NCBI RefSeq assembly: GCF_006345805.1
Contig: NC_043004.1
Span: 53,506,001 to 53,570,000 of the forward strand
From: Octopus sinensis
Taxonomy: Eukaryota
Reading direction: 5' to 3'
DNA: 64,000 nucleotides
The notes under the pieces are model-generated. The model had not been told where the DNA came from, searched no databases, and was given only the letters and a program-made list of their open reading frames with translations. Position numbers and translations under genes: made by a program. Within the stretch, counting starts at the first letter, position 1. The number at the start of each line of letters is the position of its first letter. Of this stretch, positions 13,080 through 27,690 are shown piece by piece.

Positions 13080-13515
13080 TATAGTCAGGAGGACAAGATA
13101 AAAATTCACTTGTCCAGTCTCTTTTAGTATGTTTATGTGGTATATTGATGATCACTCCCGTTCGTTTCGATGTATGAGAGTTTGAACGAGAAGACAAACT
13201 TAAAAAGGTAACAGGGAAAAAAGAAGCTGTATCCATTTGCTTCTTTCAGTCAGGTATGGATTTTGCTATGAAGTCGCAATGAGTTCAGTTCACTTAGAAG
13301 TAGAGTAAATTTTAAGAATACTCTTGGTGACGAAATCAATGTTAGAGTAGCTAAGCCTACAAGTATTTTTGGAAAATTTGCTCATTTGTGAAATGAACAT
13401 GATGTTAGTCTGAAAACTAAAATTAGTGTATACAAATCTTGTACTTTGATCACACTTTTTATGGGGTGGACTCTCTACTAAAGATATTTAAAGAAACATG
13501 AAGCTTTACACACGT
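13080..13515 (+). pseudogene. RTE-like LINE RT remnant
   Basis: LFSMFM, then TLGDEINVRVAK...VSLKTKISVYKS...WTLY, with stops. Confidence 0.65.
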
Positions 13516-14392
13516 ATGTAATATATTATGTAATATATTTAAAGGAAATATAGAAAAGGCTACAAATGTAAGAGATAAGTTTCATTTTCAAATTCACAAA
13601 AATGGCTAAGAAGGTTGGGACGATGTTTTTGTAACTAAAAGATTAGAAATCGTGATGTATGTAATTAAAGAGATACCGAAACCAATTGAAGACGAGTTAT
13701 ACTGAAAAAAAAAGGACATACCGATGGAAGTCTACTATGACGTGTTTGCGGTGCCAGTGCCGAAATAGATTGAGCCTCGTAGAAGCAGCAGTAGAAAAAG
13801 GAAGGAGACTCTTCACTTAAAAATAATGCGAAAACGAAAAAGCTATTAAATTAATTTTTAAAGTGAGAGAAGAAGAGGTGCTATAAAAATAAAAGTTAAA
13901 ATAAATTTCACACCTTACTGAAGTCGAAATCGCAAAAGGATGGTTGTTATGATATGATTCATGACGCCCCTTTGCAAGAAACAGACTGGACCGAGCAATT
14001 ATAAATAGTAGTTTGTGTGTTAGTTCGAGTTGAGTTCGCAGAGAAGTGGGAAGGTGTTGGATGGTTAGTTCGTTTGGAATATTGAATGTTGGCTCATGAA
14101 GAGATTGTTGGATCGTTACGTTGTTTTTACAGCTGCATCGTTTGCTTGTTTATTGTTAATACACTGGCACAGTGTATCTAATCTATCCGTCACAATATCG
14201 CGGCGGTACCTCGACAGTGGAGATAGATGATACAACAGTAGCTAAGTTCATATTTTCTTTAGTCTGAGTGTAAAATAATGCTGTATTAAACATACGTCAA
14301 CCCTAAATAAACGGACTTATGATCGAATGTATCGCGGTAATAACATATAGAATTTTCTTCTGAGCAGTGAACCAAGGCTTACATCATCCAAT

Positions 14393-14779
14393 GTGGAGGC
14401 GCAATGGCCCAGTGATTAGGGTGGCGGACTCGCGGTCGTAGGATCGCGGTTTCGATTCCCAGACCGGGCGTTGTGAATGTTTATTGAGCGAAAACACCTA
14501 AAGCTCCACGAGGCTCCGGCAGGGATGGTGGTGATCCCTGCTGTACTCTTTCACCACAACTTTCTCTCACTCTTACTTCCTGTTTCTGTTGTACCTGTAT
14601 TTCAAAGGGCCGGCCTTGTCACTCTCTGTGTCACGTTGAATATCCCCGAGAACTACGTTAAGGGTACACGTATCTGTGGAGTTCTCAGCCACTTAAACGT
14701 TTATTTTACGAGCAGGCTGTTCCGTTGATCGGATCAACCGGAACCCTCGTCGCCGTAACCGACGGAGTGCTTCCAAAAA
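14393..14779 (+). mobile_element. tRNA-derived SINE family B, full length, 12-bp TSD
   Basis: tggcccagtg A-box and ggtttcgattccc B-box. Flanked by acatcatccaat at 14381-14392 and 14780-14791. Confidence 0.9.
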
Positions 14780-15637
14780 ACATCATCCAATATGTCGTTT
14801 ATTAAATCTTTTAGAAATAGCAATATTTGACTGCTATTTGTAAAAGATCAAGTGATTATATGGATGCTCATCCATCGTAGTTTGTAATATGTTGTAACTA
14901 CATTTTTACATTGATTTTTGAAATTTTTATACATTCACTCACACACAAACACACTCGCACACACACATCACTATGAATATGTGCATCTCTCATAGAACTC
15001 ATTTCATTTTCATGAAGCCAATTATTTTATTTCAATATCTAAATATAATGCCTGTGCATGCAAATTGTAAACCTCTAAAAAATGCGGATTAATACAATCT
15101 TATACTGACAGAAAATACTCTAAATCCACATTTTGTAATGGTATAATAGTCAGTCAGATTATCATCAGCAACACACTAGAAGGGTGTTTGTTTGCCTCTA
15201 ATTCGCTTCAGAAATCTAAGAAATACATCTTGTCTATGCACAATTCAGAAGTGAATTAAATTTAAATAATCAAAAGACTCAATATTGGTGCCATAAACAT
15301 GAAACCATTTCTATTTTATCAATGTGCAGATAATGGACTGTTGAAGGTATTTGGTTCGTGTTTTTCAGAAGACTCGTACCCTTTCTTTCAGCAAACAATA
15401 ACATATTCCAACTTCCAGCGAGCATATTTGTAATTTTGATGGTTTGTTATTATTTATGAGATTTACGTTTTAAACTGTGAATCAGGATAAATGGAAAACG
15501 AGATTTAAACATTTTGAAAAATTGGTTAAGAAGTTAAGTAAATACTTTCGATACTATAACGTAAGAAAAGATGAAGGTATCCTACTGAACGTTTCCTACG
15601 AAGTATATTTAATCCCAAGTAAATAGGGTCAAAACAC

Positions 15638-15718
<81 letters not shown>

Positions 15719-16705
15719 ATATAATATAATATAATATAATATAATATAATATAATATATAATATATACATATATATATATATGCATGTATGTATGTATGT
15801 ATGTACACGAGGTCTAGGTATACATACATACACATATATATATATATATATATACACGTAACTTTTGAAGCTGAAATAGCACAGCACGACCATTTTTATG
15901 AAAAACACAAGGTAGATCTATAATGAATTATTTAATGAAAAATAAAGGAAAGAAAAAATTCTGACTTCAAATAAATATATTCTGTCAAGTAGCTTTAAAG
16001 AATTACTAGCTATATTATTTTGATATCTGATTTGTTAAGTTGGACAGCCGCCTACGGGTAAGCTTCCTTAACTAAGTTAACACTGAAACGGATATATTTC
16101 AGTTTGTTTATCTCTATGTATGTTTGTGACTATGTACGTACGTATGCTGGTACGTACGTATATATGTATGTCTGCGTACGTAGGTATGTGTGCATATATA
16201 TGTATATGTTTAGATTTCATTCTAAAATATTTCTGTAGTGTATCTAACCGCTTGATTCCTAAATACAGTTATGCTTACTGACTTAGTAATATCTAAAAGG
16301 AAATTTCACCAAGAGAGTTGTGTAATAAACGAGAATCGAATAGTTGACATTCTAATTCTTAGTTCGACAGTTTATCGATTAACTCTTTATTGATAAACTA
16401 CACATGGCAACGTGGGTAGTTTCCTTTTCAATATACAGAGGCAGAGTGTAGGACCAAAGTATCTGTTAATATTGACGTAAGGTTCAAATTTACTGAACGT
16501 GAGTAACTTAGTGGTGAATGACTGGAATTGTTCATTGGAACTTGGTATTTGGTCGTCTAGATACGTTCATACACATTCACAAATGTTTAACAACATGGAG
16601 CATTCTCACAGCGTCCCAAGTATCTATCTGTCTGTCTATCAATCTCTCTAGTATCTATCTATCTATCTATCTATCTATGAATTTATGTATTATGTATCTC
16701 TATAT

Positions 16706-16736
<31 letters not shown>

Positions 16737-17321
16737 CTTATACATGTATATATATACATATATAAAAATATATACATAAATGTAGACATACGTTTAGACG
16801 TATATATATATATATATATGTATACGTGCGTGTATATATATATATATATATTTATATATGCGTACACACACGCTTGCACACACACATATGTATATTATGA
16901 TCTGAACTTTGAACGGAGATTGAAACAAATAATTGCGCTGTTAGAATTAGGATATCCATGGAAAACACGCTTGTACACTAATATTCGACTTTTTGGTGGG
17001 GGGTATTTTTGTTTGTTTTTTTGCTATATCATTATTGAGCAGAAAAATTCAACGCACCGTTTTGGCTTTGATCATTGATACCATTCCGCTACATCTTTTG
17101 CAACTCAATTTTTGGTCAGTTTTTATATTCTTTTATGAACATTTGCTTATGCTACCGACTTGTATCTATTGCTTCCAATGTATTTTAAATCTCTTAATTT
17201 CTCTGTTTTTTACTAATCAAATACTTATAAAAGTGGTTCATACCATGCGCACTCACACATATATATATATGTACATACATAAATGCATGTGTCTGTGTGT
17301 GTGTGTGTGTGAGTGCTTACG

Positions 17322-17352
<31 letters not shown>

Positions 17353-18829
17353 TGTGTGTGTGTGTGTGTGTGTGTGTGAGTGTGTGTGTGTAAGTTTGAA
17401 TTTATGTATGAATGTATGTATGAATGAATGCATATATGTATATATAGGTATATGTATATTAAATATTAAATTATGTTTCTTGGAGATCCTGTGGACAGAA
17501 AACTTCGTAAGTTAATCTCTTTAATTCATATTTCTTAGTCAATTTTGAGATTGATACTATTGTAGACCAACTATATGTATATATATATATATATCATGCA
17601 ATGAATTTTGAAGTTTCTGCTATGTCTAAAATACCGAAGCAAAAATAATCCGTTCCAAACTTTTATGACTGTCGATGAGCCTATCTTTACTATCTCAACC
17701 TGATGGACGGTGAAATTCTATTCAAAGTCTACGGACATTTATCTCCCTACACATGAAAATTAAGTAAAATTTATCTTTCATCATTTCGTGAATGATAAAT
17801 ATTGGTGGACTAATGAGGTATTAGTATAACGTTGAACGGCATGCCTGCAGCATTCATTACGGATCTTTGAGTTCTGATTTCAAATCCTATATATGTGGCA
17901 GACAAAGCCTGTGTTTCGGTTTAACACAACCACTTGGTCCTTGACCTTGTGTACCTATAGACGAATCGACTTTGTTAGACTACTTCAGGCTTTGTCTATA
18001 TTTTGAAGATATCTGATTCCACCGCCCTCCACTCAGATTTGGATGTCATAAGAAATGTCACATACGTTGCTCTGCTCTTCTCTCAATGTAAACGTTATGT
18101 GGAACAGCTGACTCTAGCAGGGCACAATCTGTAATTGAATTTCCATCGAATGACAAATCGCAGATCCCTATGACTAAGTAATACAGGGAAAGTGTCAGTG
18201 GGAATATAGCAAAGCCTTATGTGTAAGAGTGCTTTAGTATTGGCTTGCAGTTTCAATAGATAAATAATATTGATATGTAAATTATTAATTTCATTTTTCT
18301 CTCATTTTTACCATTTTTAATCACTTAGTCAAATTATGAGAACGGTGTGTATAGAACTAGAATTTAAAATTCAGGATGTTTGCCCTGTACGGTTAGTGAG
18401 GGTCTCAAGTATTAGTCAACCGCTATATATACATGATGAGGTTCAAGAATGTCATTCTAAATATTAATATATGATACTATTGGACTTACCACGTAAATCG
18501 AAATGAATTTCCAATGAAAAGATACTTAAAGAGAATAAGTAGATTTAAGAGAAAGGGACGTAATTGACGTAAGAGTGCAAGGAATTACTGAGGAAGTTAG
18601 GATGATTAGGAAAAGGGGGTGGATGAGTGAAATATAGCTTGAAAAATTAGGGCGTAAAGTGATTTTGGAAGGAGTTTCCTTTTTTAAATGGGCAAGCTTG
18701 TCTCAAGAGTGATGACATCGAAGACAACTGTGAACACGGCAAAAGAAATATTTGGGGATGACATTTTACCGCTACTGTTACTGGTAGTGTTCTTTGTATC
18801 ATCGTTTGAGGCTACCATTATTATTACTT

Positions 18830-18975
18830 TATTTCTTTATTGCCCACAGGGGGCTAAGCACCGAGGAGACAAACAAGGACAGACAAACAAGGGCAGATTA
18901 CATCGACCCCAATACGTAAGTGATACTTGTTTAATCGACCGCGAAAGAATGAAAGGCCAAGTCGACCTCGGTGGT
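18830..18975 (-). mobile_element. 3' half of Meta-domain SINE
   Basis: Reverse complement matches gcctttcat..ggtcgat..ttgtttgtc..tgtggg.aataaagaaa of 53875-54109. Confidence 0.75.
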
Positions 18976-19619
18976 ACCATTATTATTACTTAATGAGGTG
19001 GTGTTATGCTGGATTTAGAGATACTTGTAATTTTCGAAAGCTTTTTGTTGACATAACATCGTCTTTGCTGTTGTCGTTGTTGTTGTCACTGCCGTCGTGG
19101 TTACTACCATGCTGTTAATAGTTTTAAGTACTACATTACTGCTACGTCTGAAACACTGCGTGCAAGGGATTGATTACAAAAGACGATTTCACTTTCATTA
19201 CAACATTGCACTTCTCGTTTACTGGATTGCTCAAAAGAGGCCATTAAAAATTTTTCAGTTTCGAAAAATTTTTAACAAAGACAGGCTTTTAGAAGAAAGG
19301 TTGAGCCCAAACCGACAGGCCTCTGAAACATGTTCAGCTTCGGCGATAAGCAACAATAATGGTAATTCTTTCAAAGCTTAGTACAAGGTCACTATGTATG
19401 ATGGGAGGGCAGTCGAATACAGTGTTCTACTGATACATATTTTATCGACTGCATAAAGATAATCATCAAAATTTGAACATTACAACATTTGAACACAGGT
19501 ACTGGGATAGATGTAATAAACTCATCCCCTCCCCAAAATTTCTGCCCTTGTGGCAAAATTATTATTATTATTATATTATTATTATTATTATTATTATTAT
19601 TATCATTATTATTATTATC

Positions 19620-19920
19620 ATTCAGTAGTTTTATTTTTATAGCGTGCTTTCACTTCACTACCGAGCGCAGCTCTGTGTGCCTTAGGTATGTGCTGTGATT
19701 TGTTGTGATGCTCTGATGGTTATTGTATGGAAAGTGTTCTGCGTAGGATGTGTGCAGTGCCTAGTAGTGCAATTTTCTGTATGTTATATGTGCTTGTAAG
19801 TCCTGGTGTTTTTGTTATGTATTTGTCTGAATATTTTTTTATCATGCCTAATGCACCTACTATGATAGGAATCGTTTCTGTCTTTAGATTCCACATTCTG
19901 ATTACCTCTATTTCCAGGTC

Positions 19921-19921
<1 letters not shown>
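19620..19921 (-). pseudogene. 5'-truncated R4/Dong-like LINE 3' end within (TAA)n
   Basis: KDLEIEVIRMWNLKTETIPIIVGALG...IQKIALLGTAHILRRTL*, then a 3' UTR. TAA repeats on both sides. Confidence 0.85.
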
Positions 19922-19965
<44 letters not shown>

Positions 19966-20726
19966 ATTATTATTGGTGGTAGTGGTGGTGGTGATGATGA
20001 TGTTTTTCTTCTTGTGATTAATATTATTATTGCTGTTAAGGCACCCAACGGTCAGATTGCTTGCGCGTCGGACGAAAGCCTTAGTGGCATTTCTTCTAAG
20101 TTCATGCGTCTTGAGTTCAAATTCCGCCAAGATCGACTGCTTTTCGTTCTTCCAGGACTGACTAAAAAATGCACGGGTCAATTCCTAGGGTTAATGAAAC
20201 GTACATTACACCTCCCCTCAAAATTCCTCCTCTTCTGCCTAAATCAGAAGCAATTATCCTTCTTACTACTTTTAATATCGCAGTAATTACACCAACGACG
20301 TAGATTGAAATGATGAGATGTGAAATATTCTGATGAGAATAATGAAGATGCTGTATAAAATGTCATTTCATAAAAAATACAAATTTCTATCTAATTATGA
20401 TATTAGTTTATCATTCACATGATAGCTCAAAGATTTCCTCGCCTATTTTATGGATATTTTATGTTTATTTTTAGTTTTTCTTTTTTATCCTGTGATTTAA
20501 TAACTCTTAAATAGTCATTTCCCTTCTTTTCTTTCCTTCCAGAATTAATTTGAAAACAACATGATATATGTGTATGTGTGTGTATGTGTGTGCGTGCGTG
20601 TACGCATGTGTGTACGTATTTATAAGAATGTATTTGTGGATATATATTAACTCTCACATAATTTTCTTTATTAAAAGTATATCAATCAACCCAACCAAAA
20701 GTTTTATTTTGTCATATTTATTATTA

Positions 20727-20808
<82 letters not shown>

Positions 20809-22908
20809 CATCATCATCATCATCATCATTATTATTATCAATATTATTGTTATTGCTGTTGTTGTTTTTGTTGATGTTGTTGTTGCTGCTATTTATTTTT
20901 CATTAAATCACCATCTTATAGCCATGGCTATGTCTAATCATTTCTTCTCATTGCATAAGTCGTAGAAATATGTTTCTGTTTTCATTTTCATTACATAGAA
21001 TTTATTCTGAAGTGGTGCCTAATTATTTTCAAGCGAATACAACTAGCGCGTCGTATGATGAAATGAGCAGAGTTTGCGTCTGTATTTAGAATGTGATTCT
21101 ATCATATTTCTAGATTACATAAACAGTATAATTCTGATATCGTATATATTCTCAGAACAGTCTCAATATTTTACTGTTGTAAATGTTTCTTTTGTAACTT
21201 TTGTCTTTCACGCAACAGTGATTTTGAGAGTATTGTTATTGTGAGAGAGGGACTAAGGTATTTTAAAACCAGAACCTGTCCCGGGTTGTTAAAACTGACT
21301 ACTGTCTAAGTCTACTACATAATTAATCCTGTTTGGGAGTTAAACCCAGAACGGAAAGAGCCAAATCAAATATCTTAAGACATCCAGGATTGGTACATTT
21401 TTTTTTTATCGGACGTGGCATGTTTATTTGTAGTATAGGCACAAGAACTGAAATTTTGGTGGATTTATCTAGTCGATTACAACACCACAAGAATCAGCAC
21501 GTATCTACTATTTTACCGACACGAAAGTGTGATATGAATACTTTATACCGACGGAATTTGAATCCATAACGTTTCACTGGATGTAGTGCTGCTAAAAATC
21601 AGTACGAATGCTGATCTGCCAAGCAACCGCTTTTCGACTCTGCAATATTCAAGCGGGTCATTTGATCGAGTATTTGTAGTTCAAGTCCTGCTGTATAACT
21701 ACAATGACCACAGCCCCAAACACACTTTTTAAGCAATTCTACGCACATTTGGTCCTTCATCGGATAGATAAAGTTTTCATTTCACTTATGAAATGAACGT
21801 CAGCGGATTGAGAGAATTAATAGAAGGCCGGACTCCAAATCTTACGAAACTTATCTTTGGTAATTCTGGTGATGATAAAATATAGCAAGACAAGTACTAT
21901 ATCCGATGTCATCTCCTGAATGATTTTTGCCTTTCTCTTAACACAAACCTATTATTCCTATAAGCCAAAGATAGTGGAATGACAAAATCATTGAACTATT
22001 CGTTTCGCCTCTAAATATAGTGAGATAAAATTCCGTAAGTAAAATGTTACATTTCATCAATCTATACACTTTTGATAAAGTTACGTACCAGTCAGATATA
22101 TACTGCGTCGATAAGAATCGATATTTTCTTGTCTCACAAGTCTCTCAAAGAAAGGGTATTAATCCACTAGTCTCTGCTATATTTCTGCTAAAGGAGAGTA
22201 CATTCAGTAACCACTCTGAGCAAGACATGTCTCATTTCTGAAGGTTTATATGTGAAACACATAAATATATTTGCTACTTTACATTAGTGACAGCAAGAAA
22301 CAGTATGTCACTTCCAAACGGGTTTCAGAATGTTAACTTCGTTCTTAGAGAAATTTTCAATCAATATTTTCTTCCCACGAAAATTGTTTGCTTTTTCGCA
22401 TATGTCATTGATTAGCACTGGGTGATGTATGTTTCCTTCAGTATGTGTGTGTATGTGTGTGTGTGTGTGCGTGTGTCTGTGTTGAGAGAGACAGACAGAG
22501 AGAGCTTTATATGTATATATTTATAGATAACGCATGTATAATGTAAAAACATACAGATAGTGAAATGTGTTTGTGTTTGCGTGTATATATCCGAAGCATT
22601 AAATAGAGAGAGATGAATTATAATTTCAACAATTGAGGGTAAAATTAATTAATTATTAATCAATTTCACCAAGTATTCAGTATGTAAAGGGACCATTTAA
22701 GGCGAATTCAAATTATTACATTATATAAAAGGGCTTAGTAAAATAAATTACTTTGCCACATACTGAACTCATTAGAAATAGTAGCTAAAAAAACTTTTTT
22801 AAAACTATTTCTAATACTTAAAGAAAATCTCTCTCATATAGTGTTTGCTCAATTCAACTCACGAAAGTATGGGGGTAAAGACATTAAAAAATCAAATGCA
22901 AAGGTATT

Positions 22909-22960
22909 TGAGAACGTACGTTTCAAGATTAGTCAACTCGACATTTCTATCATCAGCTCA
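22909..22960 (-). ncRNA. Minimal type I hammerhead (inverted copy)
   Basis: Reverse complement of 23236-23287. Confidence 0.7.
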
Positions 22961-23235
22961 GAACTCCTTGGTTTGGATTTGAAAACACTGAAAGTGGGAG
23001 CATACCCTTTCGGCTTCTTATCGCTCTGAAGATCTGCTCGAAACTAACAGTACCAGCAAACCCAAAATATGCAAGCGAAGAATTTCTGCTGGTGGAAAGG
23101 GGAGAGCAGAAATTCTTCGCTTGCATATTTTGGGTTTGCTGGCACTATTAGTTTCGAGCAGATCTTCAGAAGCGATAAGAAGCCGAAAGGGTATGCTCCC
23201 ACTTTCAGTGTTTTCAAATCCAAACCAAGGAGTTC

Positions 23236-23287
23236 TGAGCTGATGATAGAAATGTCGAGTTGACTAATCTTGAAACGTACGTTCTCA
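23236..23287 (+). ncRNA. Minimal type I hammerhead
   Basis: UGAG-CUGAUGA-U-AGA..GUC(GAGUU)GAC..UCU-U-GAAA-CGUACG-U-U-CUCA. Stem I UGAG/CUCA, palindromic AACGUACGUU, U10.1-U11.1 in place of G-C. Confidence 0.72.
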
Positions 23288-23792
23288 AATAACCTTTGCA
23301 TTTGATTTTTTAATGTCTTTACCCCCATACTTTCGTGAGTTGAATTGAGCAAACACTATATGAGAGAGATTTTCTTTAAGTATTAGAAATAGTTTTAAAA
23401 AAGTTTTTTAGCTACTATTTCTAATGAGTTCAGTATGTGGCAAAGTAATTTATTTTACTAAGCCCTTTTATATAATGTAATAATTTGAATTCGCCTTAAA
23501 TGGTCCCTTTACATACTGAATACTTGGTGAAATTGATTAATAATAATTAATTTTACCCTCAATTGTTGAAATTATAATTCATCTCTCTCTATTTAATGCT
23601 TCGGATTTTACCGAAAAGCATACTGTTTACTGATTTTAACCCACGCTGGTGGAAAGGGGAGAGCAGAAATTCTTCGCTTGCATATTTTGGGTTTGCTGGC
23701 ACTGTTAGTTTCGAGCAGATCTTCAGAAGCGATAAGAAGCCGAAAGGGTATGCTCCCACTTTCAGTGTTTTCAAATCCAAACCAAGGAGTTC

Positions 23793-23844
23793 TGAGCTGA
23801 TGATAGAAATGTCGAGTTGACTAATCTTGAAACGTACGTTCTCA
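23793..23844 (+). ncRNA. Minimal type I hammerhead (second tandem unit)
   Basis: Identical to 23236-23287, 557 nt downstream. Confidence 0.72.
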
Positions 23845-24129
23845 AATAACCTTTGCATTTGATTTTTTAATGTCTTTACCCCCATACTTTCGTGAGTTGA
23901 ATGAGCAAACACTATATGAGAGAGATTTTCTTTAAGTATTAGAAATAGTTTAAAAAAAGTTTTTTAGCTACTATTTCTAATGAGTTCAGTATGTGGCAAA
24001 GTAATTTAATTTACTAAGCCCTTTTATATAATGTAATAATTTGAATTCGCCTTAAATGGTCCCTTTACATACTGAACACTTGGTGAAATTGATTAATAAT
24101 TAATTAATTTTACCCTCAATTGTTGAAAT

Positions 24130-24186
<57 letters not shown>

Positions 24187-24204
24187 TATATATATATAAT
24201 ATGC

Positions 24205-24288
<84 letters not shown>

Positions 24289-24301
24289 TATATATATATA
24301 C

Positions 24302-24342
<41 letters not shown>

Positions 24343-24828
24343 TATATATATATGTACATGTATATATCTGTATGTATGTATGTATATATGTATGTATGCA
24401 TGTATGTATGTATTATGTATGTCCACTTACACGTAGCCTTCAAGCAATTATGTTATCATGGTTTCAGTACTATATAGCTGGATTCACATAAAAATTCATT
24501 GAAGTATATGTTTTCTTCATTTTGCTTCTTTGCTAACTTTACTTGCTCATCTGGATAACAATAAAACAAATTACTGCTGTTTGAGACTCGCTCTTGTCAG
24601 CTTTTTCTGTGGCATGAATTAATTTTTATTGTCGTTTGTTGCAGAATACTATTTTATGCCATCCTCTCATGACATAACCGCGTGCAAATATTTGGAATAT
24701 GTGTGTTGCAGTGTTTTTCTACTGTATTATTAGTAATATACGTTATAAATTTTCAGTTCTTATTGATACTATTTCATGTATGTTGTTGCTCTGGTGTTTT
24801 AGGTATGTATATTGTATAGGTATAGACA

Positions 24829-25170
24829 AGCGTGGCTGTGTGGATAAGAAGCATGAGTCACAACCATGGTCTCTTTGCCGCTACGCAGCACCTTCGGCAA
24901 CTCTTTCCTACTTTACTATACCACCGGATCAAGATGAAACCTTTCTGAATTAATTTGGCAAGTGGAAACTAAAATAGGTTTGTTCTATTTATATGTGAGT
25001 GTGTATGTGTGTGTGTGTATGTGTGCGTGCTTGTGGGTATGTGTGTGTGTGCGTGTGGTGTCTGATCTGCAAATTGCTTGACAACTGAGGTGATTTTGGA
25101 CGACTAAACACTTCGCGGTGCTGTCTCATCATAGCTACAACCGTGCAACTGAAACAAGTAGAAGATAAAA
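24829..25170 (+). mobile_element. Degenerate SINE family A
   Basis: gtggctgtgtggataagaagc head, gcacctt, ggaaact, (TG)n and gaaacaagtagaaga tail. Confidence 0.6.
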
Positions 25171-26901
25171 CGATAGGTATTGTTTATATATTGCTAAAAA
25201 TAACAGTAGTCACTATTCACAAGCACGTATGGCCTGATTGCTGGTACTACAATTTGTTCAGTTGTTTTAGGTACCTATCTAGTCGCGACCAGACACACGT
25301 TTTCTTCCATTCCCCAACTGGCCCAGCAGATCACGGCGAATACGACAGCTGGGGAGAGAGTCAGACAAACAGTAGACGCATCGATTGTCGGTAGGACTTA
25401 TAAACCTAGAAGACCAGAAGAGCGTTAAATAAACTTGTTCATTGACACAACTCATGGTAGGTTCAAGAAATTAAACTTATGAACTTTCAATCATACCAAG
25501 CACGGTATTTACAACGTTAATGCGCCATATTGTAATGTTTTTATTTTTCAGATACTTGTATCCAGATATTTTCTGCATTTTCTAGGGAACCATATTGTCG
25601 AGTATTATGAAGAATGGTCATACACTAAAATATTAAATGGAACACTTTTGAAATATTTCTTTCTGTGATTTTGTATATTCCAAAGATTTTTTAGTTGTTT
25701 GTAATTCTCCGGCATATTTCCCTAGTAGAGACCATTTCTTTTCTGTTGATATTTCATAACGCTGACATATTTTCCTGTATATGAGAGCCCCACCAATGTG
25801 CAACCAATGACTTTGCTGATAAAATAAATAAAAATATATTGCGTAACCTTAGCAATATTACTGGAAAATTGTTGAAATTACGGAGAAGTACTTGCATAGT
25901 GAGTGACTTGATCTGAGATCGTGTGCTGGAACGAAAACAATTGCAGCATGGAAGGTATTTATAAGCCATTTAAGAAACACACAAAACCGTTAGATTCACT
26001 TCAACATTTAAATTTAACTTGTCAAAATATTTTCGTCGCTTTGAGACCGTTGGAAAAAAACAACTTTAGAGGTAGACACAAATACACACACACACACACA
26101 CACACATAAAATTATCTGTACACACACGCGAGCGTGTGTCTGCAGACTACAGACATGTGTATATTATTTTCAAGAGGAAGTAGTTTGCAGATAAATCGAA
26201 GCTTCGTATCATTTAGCAGCTAGATCGAACATTTCAAGTCCCTGGCCAGATTTTCATTGTTAAAATAAGATAATCGTGATTCACCACTTAATTCTATTGA
26301 GTATACATATGTAGACGCATACATGCATAAATGTATATAGGCACACACTGAAAAACATATACACAAACGCACACACAGTTACACACACGTCAATATATAT
26401 ATATATATAATAAACGCTGGTTCGTATGTCTGACCGGATGTGTGTTATAATTGCCTTTAGTTGCGTTAATGACCACAAATATTAATTAATTTATTAAATG
26501 GCTGAACTTTCCCAGATATAATATCCTGATTAAATTTCCGCTCCTCAGCTGTCATTTTTTCCCGGTTATTTGAAACAGATGTCAAATATTTAAATATTAG
26601 ATAACAACATTATTAAAATGCTGTCAGTTTTAGTTGGCTAGTAAGATTTCAGACAGATCTGCTGATAATTAGCAGAAAAAATGCATAAATGATACTTTCG
26701 TTTAATGATTATATTCTAAAAATTCTGCTAAATGAGGCGATGTGCAGAACATCGATTCAAATAATAATTCAAATAATTCCCTAAGATATGAAATGAATAG
26801 TCGCGCAACGAGAATGTCCAGTACTAACTTAAATGTCACGCTGAGTTGGTCTAAACTCATATATTAATGTATATTTGCACGCATACGTAAACCAATGTTG
26901 C

Positions 26902-26953
<52 letters not shown>

Positions 26954-26965
26954 ACGCACACACAC

Positions 26966-27024
<59 letters not shown>

Positions 27025-27086
27025 TTTTGTTTGTTTTTGTTTTTCCAGTTTCAGCTCTTGAGATGTGGCCATGCTGGGGCACCGCC

Positions 27087-27234
27087 ATTGTGGTGAAAGA
27101 GTACAGCAGGGATCACCAACCCCTGCCGGAGCCTCGTAGAGCTTTTAGGTGTTTTCGGTCAATAAACACACACAACGCCCGGTCTGAGAATCGAAACCGC
27201 GATCCTGCGACCGCGAGTCCGCTGCCCTAACCAC
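27087..27234 (-). mobile_element. SINE family B 5' part
   Basis: Reverse complement matches the first ~160 nt of 14393-14779. Confidence 0.85.
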
Positions 27235-27247
27235 TATATATAAAATA

Positions 27248-27545
27248 ATAAGGGTGAAAAATTGTTTATTAATTTGATGATTAATATCAGTGGTCTAGGA
27301 ATCAGAAAAATCTGAAGATTCAGAAAAATTATATTACATACATATAAGAGGGATGACCACTAAGTGGACATCCATTATGCTAGAAGTCACCCCCTATGGT
27401 CTTACTACTAAGGAAGGAATGTTCTCAAGAAAAGTTCTGGCGTTTGCTAACTTTTCTTGAGAACAATCCTTTCTTCGTGGTAAGACCATAGGGAGTCGAT
27501 TTCTAGCATAATGGATGTCCGGTTAGTGGTCATCGTTCTTATATA
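27248..27545 (-). mobile_element. Fold-back element end in (TA)n
   Basis: Imperfect palindrome 27342-27545 around the loop ctggcgtttgct. Homologous to 3165-3255 and 6158-6280. Confidence 0.8.
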
Positions 27546-27690
27546 TATATATATATTTATATTATATTGAGGGTACTACTATTCGTATATACCAACACGC
27601 TAAGAGGGACCAATGCGGTCAAAACTACTAAAAATAAACAAAATTTTACCGAATGCAAACCTTCAAAACATCATTTTAAAAAAGAATTCA

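Larger units (their letters stand above)
22589..24133 (+). mobile_element. Retrozyme-like element: inverted copy + tandem 557-bp units, three HHRs
   Basis: 22589-23090 is the reverse complement of 23105-23606. 23088-23644 repeats at 23645-24133 (period 557). Ends in (TA)n. Confidence 0.88.

Noticed and set aside
13000-13236. 78-aa minus-strand ORF
   Set aside because: Antisense to a decayed RTE RT and has no splice support.
14393-14470. tRNA gene
   Set aside because: A tRNA-like SINE head that continues into a repeat body with a TSD.
23011-23057. Second HHR-like motif CUGAAGA-ucugcuc-GAAA-cuaacag-UA, antisense to the main HHR of the 557-bp unit
   Set aside because: No stem II pairing, weak stem I, and the other two copies have G at the cleavage position.
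22841-23912. Repeated 62-107 aa ORFs in the 557-bp unit
   Set aside because: No domain, non-ATG or inconsistent starts, and frames differ between copies.
26021-26050. Minus-strand gcgac-GAAA-AUAU-U-U-UGAC half motif
   Set aside because: The 5' core is absent, so a ribozyme cannot be supported from this copy.
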